DNA from: the human T2T-CHM13v2.0 reference genome, Homo sapiens
Assembly (NCBI RefSeq): GCF_009914755.1
Contig: NC_060936.1
DNA length: 64,000 nt
Strand: one strand, 5' to 3'
The notes under the pieces are model-generated. The model was not told the origin of the DNA, ran no database searches, and saw nothing but the letters and a program-made list of their open reading frames with translations. Numbering within the stretch: position 1 is the first letter of the stretch; every line of letters starts with the position of its first letter. The translations under genes and the position numbers were made by a program. This document shows positions 39,688-61,011 of this stretch, in pieces.

Positions 39688-41039
39688 ATATCGACTTGCA
39701 AGTGAAAACGGTTTCTGATATTGTATGTGTATGAGCAGGCTACTGCTGCATGTAGCTTGTGATTGGGCCTAATGATGTTATTCCATAATTATAATATTTA
39801 GTGCATAATTATTGCATTATATGCAAATGTTGTACTGCATTATGAACTCTTGCTCACAGCACAGTTACATCATAGAAATGTGGGGACAATAGCTGCAGGA
39901 TGTAGAGTGTCTATGCTAGAGACACCCTGGGGGACACAGCTCTTAGAACTTGGTTTCATAACATTGGTTTAGGAGAAATTTAGGTCTGAAATCTAGAGCA
40001 TTCCAGGGAGGAGTTGGTCTTGAACAATTTGCGTAGGAGTGGATTTGGTAAGGTTCTGAGTCTTGGGATAGGCACCATGAAGTATCTGAAGAAGGTGCTG
40101 GCAGACAGAAGTGGATTATGAGGCTGGGCGCAGCTCTTTTATATTTTCTGCATAAACTGGTAATTAGGGTGAGCCTTCTGCTTTTATGATGAGCTAAAAC
40201 TATAAATAATGGTTTGGTGCACATATCAGTGGCGTCCTCTGAAAAAAAAGGGAAACTTTTGCTGTTTCCACATTCCATCTTGCCTTTGCCCTAGGGATTG
40301 TACCAAATAGATGCAACTCATTTTGGAGTTACATACTTTTTAAAATATTTGTTCGTTTATTTATTTGTAGAGATGGAGTCACCCTCTGTTGCCCAGACTG
40401 GTCTGGAACTCCTGGCCCGAAGTGATCCTCCCACCTCAGCCTCCAAAAGTGTTAGGATTATAGGGATGAGCCACCACATCCGGCCTGGAATACTGTTATT
40501 AAAAAATGTTTCTATTCCTAATCAAAAGCTCCCAGAAGTAATCAATCCCCTCAAACAGAACCAACACAGCTATCAGTTGGGAAACCTGTGGGACTTTCAG
40601 ACTCTTGAGCAAGGAATTGGATATAATAATGGAACTAAAAAAAGAGAACAAATCTAGGAATTTGCATTTTGAAGTCATCAGCATACAGATGGCAGCTAAG
40701 GGCAATGACATAGAAAAAGAAAGGGAGAGTGTTTAGAATAAGAAAAAAGAGATGAGGACTAAATTGTCAAAAATACCAACATTTATAGAGAGCTAAAGGA
40801 AGAAGGTCAGCAGTGGATAAAAGCCAGGGAAGAATGGTGTCACACTAGTCAAGGCAAAAGAGAGTCAAGGAAAACAAGAAGTATAGAGTGAAACCTCAGA
40901 ATATAGTTTCAGAGTATCCAGAACCAAGATAGGAGAACTAGTAAAGAGGAATTAGTTAAACTGTAAGAGCAAGAGGGTAATGGATGCAGCAAAGTTCCTG
41001 AAGAGATGGGAGAAGATCATAAAGAATACAAGGGAAGTT

Positions 41040-41539
41040 TGGTAGTCAGCCTCCAAGATGGCCACCAATGATCCTTCCTCCTGGTAGTCATGCCCTTTTG
41101 TCAGCCCCTCCCACAATGGTCTGAGTGACTAATTGAATGTGGCAGAAATGGCACTATGTCATTTCTGAGATTAGGTTATAAAATATACTGTGGCTTCTGT
41201 CTTGGTGACTTTCGCTTGCTTTCTCTCTCTTCCCTGATCATTTGCTCTGGGGGAAGCCAGCTGCCATCTGTGGGGAAGCACATATGGTGAGGAACTAAGG
41301 CTTCTTGCCAACAACCGTGTGAGGGAGCTTGGAAGGGAATCCTCCAGTTCAGTTAAGCCTTCAGACAATGGCAGCCCTGGTTGACATCTGGCTGTAACTC
41401 TCATGAGACATTCTGAGCCAGAACCACTCTGCCATGTTGCTCCCAGATTCCTCAAATCCGAAATGGTGTGAGGTAATAGACATTTGTTGTTTTAAGCTGT
41501 GAAGTCTGGGTAATTTGTTATATAGAAATAGATAATACA
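41040..41539 (+). mobile_element. MLT1E/F-like MaLR LTR
   Basis: cctccaagatggcc...gtaatttgttatatagaaatagataataca. Confidence 0.75.
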
Positions 41540-43127
41540 GGAGGGATTGGCTTTGAACAGGAAGGTAGACTGCTTCCTCTGAGAAGTTACCATGTAGGGT
41601 CATTTTTGTAAAATCTTGTTCTTCAAGTTTACCCTTTATTGCTTAGGCTTGGTATCTTAAAATATTTCAAATTCTAAGTTACAACTAGACTTAAGCCATT
41701 TTTATTGCTCATCAAAAAATATTTTAGGCTGGATGTAGTGGCTCACGCCTAACATCCCAGCACTTAGGGAGGCTGAGGTGGAAGGATTGCTTGAGGCCAG
41801 GAGTTCAAGACTAGCCTGGGCAACATAGCAAAATTCCCTCTCTCCAAAATACATATATTTATTTAAATATATGTCTTTAAATAAATATATGTTTACATGA
41901 ATGTATATATTTATATATAAATACATATATAAAATTAGAATTTCCTACTTTTTGTAACATCCTCAAAGTTGGCTATAATACCTATTTTCTTAGCTGATAT
42001 CCATTTAATCATTCATTTGATAAATATTTATTGTATGTGACATTAGTATTAACTTTATAGAAAGCAATGTTGCTTTTAAAGTGATTAGTAGGGTGATAAA
42101 TGAGCTATTTGCTAGTATATCCAAGTTATCTAGTAAGAAGGGTTTACTGAGCAAAGAAGTATGGGTAATAGCATAAAAGTATAAACAAATACCCAAACAG
42201 TATACATGAGAAGTTAATCATCTTGTCAGAAGAAAATGATACATACAAAAAACCCAAGCATGTGTGAAGAACAGTGTGAGAATGTATCCAGCCAAAATTA
42301 TATTCAAAGTAAAAATCATGTGTGCATGACGAACTGTATAGCATGAGTTAAAACAAATGAATACCCCTGATCACAGAACAATGAGAAATTCCTGCAGCAA
42401 GTGAGCATAACTGCCAAATAGGATAATATAAAAGAAGTATGAAGGGAAAACTAATTTTGAGCCTGTAACCATGTGGAACTGAAGCTAATTCTTCAAGTTC
42501 TGCTTCAGGTTATCAGGAACTGTGCTCCCGTAATTTAACCATTTATGATAAGTACAAGATTTTCACACAGAAAAAATTATTCTGCTGGTGGAATGTGAAC
42601 TATTACATCAAACTTGTAAAATTTTCTATAATTTTCATTATTTATCTCAGACTTTGACTCTTGTATTCTTTTGAAGAAGGACTTGTGTGGAAACCATGGT
42701 GCAAAGTTTAAAATACCAAATGCGCGTTAAAGAAATTAGAGTTGTTAGCTACCTTCTGTTCTCCTTTGTTGTATTTTGGGTTTTACTGGGTACTGGAGCC
42801 GCTGTACCACATTGATAGCCTGAGGTTTGACCAGGTCATGGGGCTGGACAAAGGTGGTGAGTTGATGAACAGATCCAGCTGTCAGCACAGCAAGGAGATC
42901 CAATCCTGTGGGCCAAGGACAGTCCTCATGGTTTTCAATTAATCGTGTGTAAGAAAAATTGTACTACTTGAAAGACCTTGATTTAAATTCTTGCTTTACC
43001 ATTTGATAACTCTGTGATACTGAGCAAGAGACTTTACCTCTGTGAGCCTTAATGTCTTCTCCACAAAATAGAGCTGAAAAAAATCTGCTGTAATTACATC
43101 CTGTTTTTCTTCTTAAAGGTCAAATGA

Positions 43128-47277
<4,150 letters not shown>

Positions 47278-47469
47278 TGAATTTTGCAGGATAGAGTATA
47301 AAATTCCTTAAATCCTAATTCCAAGCTCTTTACAATGTGGGCCCTACATCCCTAAAGTTTTCTCCTTTGCGTAAATACTACACTTGAGACAAACTAATTG
47401 TTTTCCCCCAACATAAACTTTATAGTTCTCTTCTGTTGCATTTCTACTCTCCAATATTTCTGATTCTTT

Positions 47470-49636
<2,167 letters not shown>

Positions 49637-49933
49637 TGACACTATGCAAATTCTACATGTATATGTATTTCTCATTTATTTTTAGTAATTATCTTTTTTC
49701 TTATTATAAAAGTAATACTTGTCCAATTTAAAATACAAAAAATATAGAGAAACAAACTGAAATGTGGAATCACATGTGATAAACACACACACAAGTTGGC
49801 TGAATATCTGTTACTCTTGGAATGGGGAAAGAATCATCTAGTCATCTGCCAAGAGGTATAAACCTAAAGTTTAGAAACAGAAATCTGACTTTTAAATGTT
49901 ACAGTTCTATATGATATTTGTTCCATGGAGTAA

Positions 49934-50197
<264 letters not shown>

Positions 50198-50396
50198 TGA
50201 CGTGAAGTGATCCACCCACTTCAGCCTCCCAAAGTGCTGGGATTACAGGAGTGAGCCACCGTGCCTGGCCACAAAGTATCTCTTTTGTCAGGTGAGTTTT
50301 TTAACTTCTAGAAATATGCCACAAAGTGAGCCAGGTGTGGTGGCTCCGCCTGTAATGGTAGCACTGGGAGGCCGAGGCAGGTGGATCACGCGGTCA

Positions 50397-50633
<237 letters not shown>

Positions 50634-51033
50634 CTATTGGATTGACCATTGATACTTTCCACATCTGAAGAAATCTACCTTATTTTCAAAAGGGCAAAAA
50701 AAGGAAGGGTTCCCCGCCCCAGGTTAAAATATAGTAAAATCTCTGAGTAATTCATAACAAATAAAGCACCTTCACACTACCATAAATCTCTACACTGTGT
50801 TCCAATCTGTTGAGTGCCTGAATCCAATGACAGCTTTGGACGTCCCCTTCCCCCATAATCTCTGTGCAGACCCTCAACCTCACCCCAGATGCCTTTGGAG
50901 TTTTCATTCTTTATTATAAACAATTGATAGTTTCTCAGACTTTTATATACAGCGTAAAGAAAATCCGTACCCAGCCGGGCGGTGGCTCACGCCTGTAATC
51001 CCAGCACTTTGGGAGGCCGAGGCGGGCGGATCA

Positions 51034-51306
<273 letters not shown>

Positions 51307-52064
51307 CTAGGGGCACAAGGCGGGGAAGAGACTCAAACAATAAGAGCTACTACTGTTTGCTGAACACTTATGTACTGAGTACATTCCATCCTCAGAATCA
51401 ACCTTAAACTGTTAACATCCTCATTTTACAGATGAGGAAAATGAGGCTCAGAAGAGTTAACTAACCTAAGAGACCCTGAAGTCCTAGCATTTTCCACATG
51501 GAACATTTTCCCCTGCAGGTCCCCTTTGCCTGTAGTTGTTCCTTCCACCTCTTCCTGTGCAGGATCTTAGCCCCTAACTGTTCCTCCTGTCCAGGCTGAT
51601 CAATCCAAAGTGCCCAAACAGTGGCTGCTCATCTGCAACAACAATTCCTCCCTCTTTCAAGAATCTCTTTGACCAACTCTTCCCCAAACTAGCCGCATTC
51701 TGGCTGACAGTCCCCTCTCCCACTCCAGCTGAAGTTCGATAAAATTCTTGCCGTTTCTTCCCCCAAGACAGGCCGTTTTTTAGCTCCTTCTCAGGCCTGA
51801 CATTTTGAATAATGTCTATGCTAATGGAGATTCAGACCCTGATCTCTTCACTGCCGTACTATACTGGTAGTTTTCAAATTTAAAAGTCACTGGTTGAATT
51901 GTTTGTTTGCAACTTGAAATGTCCTCTCTCATAGAAGTGATACCATGGTCTGAAGCCAGCCTTTTCAGCTGTTATAATCATCCTGAAGCTGCCGTAAGTG
52001 GAGGAAATAAGGCAGTAATGAAATAAAAGATTGGATTTAAGTGAATGAAAGAAACAGGTTTTGG

Positions 52065-52199
52065 TAGAGTGACCATATAATTTACTATCCAACCAGGATA
52101 CTCCGGGGAGTGAAAAGGTGCTATTAATAATTACACCAGGACAATAGGCAGGCATAAACTGAGGCTGTCCTGGACACATCAGGACATATGTTCACTCTA
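52065..52199. mobile_element. MER94-like hAT-Blackjack MITE
   Basis: Terminal inverted repeats tagagtgaccatat / atatgttcactcta; about 135 bp. Confidence 0.75.
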
Positions 52200-52448
52200 G
52201 GTGTAGGTCACATCAGAATGGCTTTGAGCAATTCACCCTAACCTCCTTGAGCCTCAATTTCTTCTTCTTCTTCTTCTTTTCTTTTTTTTTTTTTGAGACA
52301 GGGTCTCATTCTGTCACTCAGGCTAAAGTGCAATGGTGTGATCTCGGCTCACTGCAGCAGCCCCAAACTCCTGGGCTCAAGCAATCCTCCTGCCTCAGTG
52401 TCCCTTGTACCTGGGACTAGAATCGCCCCACCAAGCCCAACTAATTAA

Positions 52449-52652
<204 letters not shown>

Positions 52653-53031
52653 TAGCCAGGATGGTCTCGATCTCCTGACCTCGTGATCCACCCGCCTCGG
52701 CCTCCCAAAGTGCTGGGATTACAGGTGTGAGCCACCGCGCCCGGCCAAAAACATTTTTTTTTTTTGTAGAACTGGAATCTCACCATGTTGCCCATGCTGG
52801 TTTCAAACTCCGATCCTCAAATGATCCCATTGCCTCAGCCTCCCAAAGTGCTGGGATTATAAGTGTGGGCCACCGTCTCCAGCCTGAGCCTCAATTTCTT
52901 TATTGTGAAATGGGAGGATTGACATTATGGGGTGATTGTGAGAATGACATAAGTCAGAGTCTATTGTGCAAAATTGAATTTGTAAAGTACCATATAAATA
53001 TACTTTTTCAGATAATAGTTATGACTAATAC

Positions 53032-53662
53032 TGTTACAGGAAAGGGGTCCCAATCCAGACCCCAAGAGAAGGTTCTGGATCCTGCACAAGAAAGAATTTG
53101 GGGCGAGTTCATAAAGTAAAGTGAAAGCAAGTTTATTAGAGAAGTAAAAGAATAAAAGAATGGCTACTCCATAGGCAGAGCAGTGGCACGGGATGTTCAA
53201 CTGAGTACACGTATAGTTATTTCTTGATTATATGTTAAACAAGGGGTGGATCATTCATGAGTTTTCCAGGAAAAGGGCAGGGATTTACCCTAACTGAGGG
53301 TTCCTCCCCTTTTAGACCATATAGGGTAACTTCCTAATGTTGCCATGGCGTTTGTAAACTGTCGTGGTGCTGCTGGGAGTGTCTTTGAGTATGCTAATGC
53401 ATTATAATTAGCGTATAGTGAGCAGTGAGGACAACTAGAGGTCACTTTCATCACCACCTTGGTTTTGGCAGGTTTTGGCTGCCTTCTTTATGGCATTGTT
53501 TTATCAGCAGGGTCTTTATGACCTCTATCTTGTCCTGCTGACCTATCTTGTCCTGTGACTAAGAATGCTTAACCTCCTGGGAATGCAGCCCAGTAGGTGT
53601 TAGCCTCATTTTACCCAGACCTTATTCAAGATGGAGTCCCTCTGGTTCCAATGCGTCTGACA
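53032..53662 (-). mobile_element. MER41 solo LTR (MER41B-like)
   Basis: Minus start tgtcagacgcattggaaccagagggactccatcttg. TSD atac (53028-53031, 53663-53666). GAS TTCCAGGAA at 53264-53272. Confidence 0.85.
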
Positions 53663-53924
53663 ATACTGCTGCCCTGAGGTGCCTGGTGCTGATTAGACCG
53701 CGATCAAGTGCATATTCGCTGTTGATTGATGTTACTCTCCTCTGTGCCACTCTCCCTATGTGGGCAGTCTCTTCTAACTGCGGGAACAGCAAACCAACCA
53801 GTGAGAAAGGCCATCGTCATTTCATTCTTTTGTGTGCCAAAGCACACAAACCACTTAGAGAATATTAGAGAATATGTTCTATTTCCTTCCAGAAAAAAAA
53901 AACCCACTTTTTTTTTTTTTTTGA

Positions 53925-54074
<150 letters not shown>

Positions 54075-55312
54075 TGAAGATGGTGTTTCGCTGCATTGCC
54101 CAGGCTGGTCTACAACGCCTGAGCTCAAGCCATCTGCCTGCCTCTGCCTCCCAAAGTGCTGGGATTATAGGCATGAGCCACCGCGCCTGGACTCACACAT
54201 TCTGTTTCGATTGAAGTATAAAATGAGTTAGTGTTGGTGAGTAAAACATGAAATTTATAAACCCAAACCCCAATCAGCAAGCTAGTGAGAGAGAGTGCTC
54301 AGCATGGGTGCTCAGCACGCAGGAAGTCCTTGAGCACAGGCTCAGCTCACTTTTCACTTACAATTGAAAATCTGCACTCAGGTTATGTCATCTTTGGATA
54401 CTCCCTCCTCAGACTTCTCCCCAGATCTCTAGGCAAGGGGGCACTAATTAGACCAACGTGCTTTGCAGCCCTTGTTGACTATTTCCCTCACTTGTCGTTA
54501 TAACATTGCCTTGAGGAGGAGACACTTCTACAGTAACCAGGACATGCCCGGGAAGTCCCATTGTGTGGGGCCCTTTACCCACCTTTTTGGCCAGCTTCCA
54601 GTGTTCTTGACTTACTGGAGATCTGGTAGTCTTACGGCCGAAACATAATTCGGTTTTCATTCTCTTATCTCATGTCCGAGAACCAACTATTCAACTTCCT
54701 CCCTCACTGCTGACTGGGGCGACTTTTCCATGGAACTAAAAATCCTCCACATACCCGCTCTATATGACCTTGTTCTTTATTTTCCAAGGTTCTTAACCTA
54801 ATACAGTTATTATTTACAATTCTGTGTAAATCCTTTGTGGGATTTTTTTACATACTATAACCATTCATACATTCAACACATATTTTTTGAGTGTCTAGTA
54901 TATACAACAGGTGTTGGTCTAGGTCTAGGGCTGTATCAGTGAATGAAACTAAGTCTTTACTGTCAAGGAGTTTACATTTAATTGGGTGACACAAAAACTA
55001 CAATAGATAGATAATGTGTCTATTATAGAAATGATAATAGGTGTTATGGGAGAAAATTATTATAGTGTAAGGAGGACAGGTAGTCCAGGGGAGGGGTGTG
55101 GAAATACTGCTTTACACAAGGGTAGTCTGGGACAGCTCCGCTGTCAAGGTGGTATCTGAATAGAAATGAGAGAGTAAGCCATATGGATATGTGATGAAAG
55201 TGTCCCTGGCCGGGCGCGGTGGCTCACGCCTGTAATCCCAGCATTTTAAGAGGCCGAGGCGGGCGGATCACGAGACCATCCTGGCTAACACGGTGAAACC
55301 CCGTCTCTACTA

Positions 55313-55699
<387 letters not shown>

Positions 55700-55804
55700 T
55701 TACACATGTAATCCCAGCACTTTGGGTGGCTGAGGCGGGTGGTTCAGCTGAGGTCGAGAGTTTGAGACCAGCCTGACCAACATGGAGAAACCCTGTCTCT
55801 ACTA

Positions 55805-56478
<674 letters not shown>

Positions 56479-56526
56479 CTACTCCAGCCTGGGCAACAGA
56501 GTGAGACTCCATCTCAAAAAAAAAAA

Positions 56527-57005
56527 GATTGTGGCGAGCAAGTTTCTTTTGAACTCTTATAGTGGCTGCCCTTAGAGAGAATAGATGACAGATGTTTCCT
56601 ATTCAGACCTTAAAAGGTGCTAGACTCTTAGTTAATCTCTTCAGGAGTGCTCGCTTCGGCAGCACATATATATGATGATCTCTTCAGGGTTCGGAGGGCC
56701 TGGAAGAAAAAGATATAGCTATGTTAATAGAGATTCTTTACAGATGTGAATCTTCCCCTCCAAAGGACAGCTGTGCAGGGCCATTTCAAAATATGGCAAA
56801 GAAACATGTTTTGGGGTAAAATATTTTGACTTTCTTCTTTGTCACATAATGTTATGCCAGAGTCAGATTGGAAAGTAAGTCACGATATATAGGGTTAAAT
56901 CAAACCCATCTGATGAGAATTTATAGTTTGTAGGCCATGACTCTCCAGACCCTTAAGATAGGAATTTAGGCAAGATGAAAAAAAAAAATCAGAGCTTAGT
57001 CTTCA
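56527..57005 (-). mobile_element. MER4-family LTR (partial)
   Basis: Reverse complement of the start of the 62546 element (aaaatcagagcttagtcttca). Confidence 0.7.
56647..56670 (+). pseudogene. 3'-truncated (tailless) U6 snRNA retro-fragment
   Basis: gtgctcgcttcggcagcacatata is identical to U6 nt 1-24 and is flanked by direct repeat atctcttcagg (56635-56645, 56678-56688). Confidence 0.88.
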
Positions 57006-57266
57006 CAGACAAATAGATTTTTAGAATGTTCATCAATTTAGGTTTTCTAAATGTCTCTTCATGATGAGGTTTCTTCCATTTTTGGCAGTAAACTACATAA
57101 ATGATCTTGTATATATATATATTAGAAATACAGGCCCAGAGCGGTGGCTTATGCCTGTAGTCCCAGCACTTTGGGAGACTGAGGTGGGCCTCACTTGAGG
57201 CCAGGAGTTCCAGACTAGCCTGGGCAACATGACAAAGCCACATCTCTACTAAAAATACAAAAATTA

Positions 57267-57461
<195 letters not shown>

Positions 57462-57491
57462 TCACTATTAAATAGTAATTTACCAGTTAAG

Positions 57492-57875
57492 AAAAAATAT
57501 GGAGCACGAATTTCCACGTCAGCATGTCATCCTTTCACAGGAGGCATGCTAATCTTCTTCGTAACATCCAATTTTAATATATATGCTAGGCCGGGCGCGG
57601 TGGCTCACACCTGTAATCCCAGCACTTTGGAAGGCCAAGGCAGGCAGATCACAAGGTCAGGAGATCGAGACCATCTTGGCTAACACGGTGAAACCCCGTC
57701 TCTATTAAAAATACAAAAAATAAGCCGGGCGCCGTGGCGGGCACCTGTAGTCCCAGCTACTCAGGAGGCTGAGGCAGGAGAATGACGTGAACCCGGGAGG
57801 CGGAGCTTGCAGTGGGCCGAGATCACGCCACTGCACTGCAGCCTGGGCAACAGAACGAGACTCTGTCTCAAAAAA

Positions 57876-57913
<38 letters not shown>

Positions 57914-58048
57914 GTGCATACACACATACGTGCACGCACATGTACATATATACATACGTGCACGCACATGTGCATATATACATACATGCACGCATGTGTA
58001 TATATACATATGTACACACATATACACATATATATGCTGAAGCAAGCA
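57492..58048 (-). pseudogene. Degenerate full-length U6 snRNA pseudogene interrupted by an Alu
   Basis: aaaatatgga...cacgaattt...tgtcatcctt...catgctaatcttc...ccaatttta..tatatgct (57492-57587) and gctgaagcaagca (58036-58048) align to reverse-complement U6. TSD taatttacca at 57476-57485 and 58049-58058. Confidence 0.8.
57876..58036 (+). repeat. Alternating purine-pyrimidine (CA/TA/CG) tract
   Basis: Direct read; expanded Alu tail. Confidence 0.9.
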
Positions 58049-58235
58049 TAATTTACCAATTTTTTAAAGGAGGATTATGTCAAATCAAAAACTGTGATGG
58101 GACCAGGCAAGGTAGCTCATGTCTGTAATACCAACACTTTGGGAGGCCAATGTGGGAGGATTGCTAGAGGCCAGGAGTTTCAGACCAGCCTGGGCAGTAT
58201 AGCAAGACCCTGTCTCTTAAAAAAAAAAAGGCAAC

Positions 58236-58878
58236 TGTGATGGATGTGAGATCTTACCCCACTTGCATAGTCATAAATAAGCACATAGATAGAGATGATA
58301 AATAGATACTAGACGAAACATCAGGTTTCGTCTAGTCAAAGATCAGAGCTTTATTTACTCACAGCAATAAGAGTAGCCACAGCGACATTGCTGAGTTGTC
58401 CTCAAGCCTGAGAATTCATATAGGAAAGAGACTCTCCTCAAAGGAGAGGGAAAAGCTTTGTTCCCTAAGGTAAACACATTTTCCTTAGGAACAAAAAGGA
58501 AAGGAGTTTGTGGATTCTCACCTTTTGGAATCTAAGTATCTATCTCTACTGGGAAGATAAAATCAGCCTCTTTGAGGCTTTTCTCCACTTTTGACTTGCA
58601 AACTCATGGAGAGATAGTTCTCTACATTCTTTCAGAGATCTTTCTAGGGAGGAGGGGAAGTTCCCTATCCTGGAATGTAAGGCTCTGCCTCCAGGTAAGA
58701 GAAGTTTTATTATCCTTTAAGTGGAAGCCAGTGTCTCTATAATGAAGGTTGTAGAGAACAAATATTTATGGGGGAAATGAAAGCAAGCATTTTCATTTTC
58801 ATAGTAGATTAATATCTGTGGTTCAAGAGCCTGAGTTTGCAGGAACACTCAGTAATACAGAGAAAATGTATTTCCCAC
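58236..58878. mobile_element. Old LTR-like element (family not resolved)
   Basis: tgtgatgg...tttcccaca ends and tttatt signal; divergent. Confidence 0.4.
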
Positions 58879-59210
58879 AGACTATAGTGCAAAACTTCAG
58901 AATAAATAAAAGTTGACTTCAGTAACACATGGGTATCCCTTCTGCCCTCCTTCCCTCCCATTTACTGCATCTTTTTTTTGATCTTTGGTGCTCTCACCGG
59001 ACTCTACCCTGTACTTCTATTTTGGGGTATGGATCCCTTCCCAAAAGACTCTTTGTTACAAGATTACTTTTCCCATATTTTACATCCTATACTTTTAGAG
59101 TAGCTCATCTCAGCTAGTTGTTATAAGGAAAGTAAACTAAGTCAAAATTAGTCATCAATGAATTATTAGCTTTTAGTACTGCGGGAGATTTTTTTTTTCA
59201 AGAGTACCAA

Positions 59211-60887
59211 TGTGTCCGGAATTGGTGGGTTCTTGGTCTCACTTCAACAATGAAGCTGCGGACCCTCGCGGTGTTACAGCTCTTAAGGTGGCGCGTCTGG
59301 AGTCTGTCCCTTCTGATGTTCAGATGTGTTTGGAGTTTCTTCCTTCTGGTGGGTTCGTGGTCTCGCTGGCTCAGGAGTGAAGCTGCAGATCTTCGCGGTG
59401 AGTGTTACAGCTCATAAAAGCAGCCTGGACCCGAAGAGTGAGCAGTAGCAAGATTTATTGCAAAGAGTGAAAGAACAAAGCTTCCACGGTGTGGAAGGGG
59501 ACCCGAGCTGGTTGCCAATGCTGGCTCAGGCAGCCTGCTTTTATTCTCTTATCTGGCCCCACCCACATCCTGCTGATTGGTAGAGCCGAGTGGCCTGTTT
59601 CGTCAGGGCGCTGATTGGTGCGTTTACAATCCCTGAGCTAGATACAAAGGTTCTCCACGTCCCCATCAGATTAGTTAGATACAGAGTTTCCACACACAGG
59701 TTCTCCAAGGCCCCACCAGAGCAGCTAGATACAGAGTGTCGATTGGTGCACTCACAAACCTTCAGCTAAACACAGGGTGCTGATTGGTGTGTTTACAAAC
59801 CTTGAGCTAGATACAGAGTGCCGATTGGTGTATTTACAATCCCTGAGCTAGACATAAAGGTTCTCCAAGGCCCAACCAGAGCAGCTAGATACAGAGTGTC
59901 AATTGGTGCACTCACAAACCTTGAGCTAAACACAGGGTGCTGATTGGTGTATTTACAATCCCTGAGCTAGATATAAAGACTCTCCACGTCCTCACCAGAG
60001 CAGCTAGATACAGACTGTAGACTGGTGCACTCACAAACCTTGAGCTAAACACAGGGTGCTGATTGGTGCATTTACAATCCCTGAGCTAGATATAAAGACT
60101 CTCCACGTCCTCACCAGAGCAGCTAGATACAGAGTGTCGACTGGTGCACTCACAAACCTTGAGCTAAACACAGGGTGCTGATTGGTGTATTTACAATCCC
60201 TGAGCTAGATATAAAGACTCTCCACGTCCTCACCAGACTCAGGAGCCCAGCTGGCTTCACCTAGTGGATCCCGCACCGTGGCTGCAGGTGGAGCTGCCTG
60301 CCAGTCCTGCGCCGTTTGCTCGCATTCCTCAGCCCTTGGGTGGTCGATGGGACTGGGCGCCTTGGAGCAGGGGGTGGTGCTCGTCGGGGAGGCTCGGGCC
60401 GCACAGGAGCCCACAGAGGGGGTGGGAGGCTCAGGCATGGCGGGCTGCAGGTCCCGAGCCCTGCCCCGTGGGAAGGCAGCTAAGGCCCGGCGAGAAATCG
60501 AGCGCAGCGCCGGTGGGCCAGCACTGCTGGGGGACCCAGTACACCCTCCGCAGCCACTGGCCCGCGTGCTAAGTCCCCCATTACCTGGGGCCAGCAGGGC
60601 TGACTGGCTGCCCGAGTGCGGGGCCCACCAAGCCCACGCCCACCCGGAACTCCAGCTGGCCCGCAAGCGCCGCAGGCAGCCCCGGTTCCCGCTCGTGCCT
60701 CTCCCTCCACACCTCCCTGCAAGCTAAGGGAGTGGGCTCCGGCCTTGGCCAGCCCAGAAAGGGGCTCCCACAGTGCAGTGGGGGGGCTGAAGGGATCCTC
60801 AAATGCCACCAAACTGGGAGCCCAGGCAGGGGAGGTGCCGAGAGCAAGCGAGGGCTCTGAGGACTGCCAGCACGCTGTCACCTCTCA
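59211..60887 (-). mobile_element. LTR12C (ERV9) full-length solo LTR
   Basis: Minus start tgagaggtgacagcgtgctggcagtcctc. U3 tandem repeats with 9 CCAAT boxes (59576-60185). CpG-rich 60250-60880. TSD ccaa (59207-59210, 60888-60891). Confidence 0.93.
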
Positions 60888-61011
60888 CCAATACTTGTCA
60901 TGTGGATGGGAGACACTGTAAAAATAAAGTGAGGTGGAAGGAAAAGGTCTGTGAAAGCATACTTGTAATTCATAAAATACCATATAAATGAAAGTAAAGT
61001 TGTGTAATAAT

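Noticed and set aside
41960-42950. AT-rich non-Alu stretch as a possible exon or pseudogene
   Set aside because: No recognisable protein, splice structure or repeat family by eye.
60205-60921. Several 90-150-aa ORFs
   Set aside because: GC-rich LTR12C U3 sequence is poor in stop codons; these are common artefacts.
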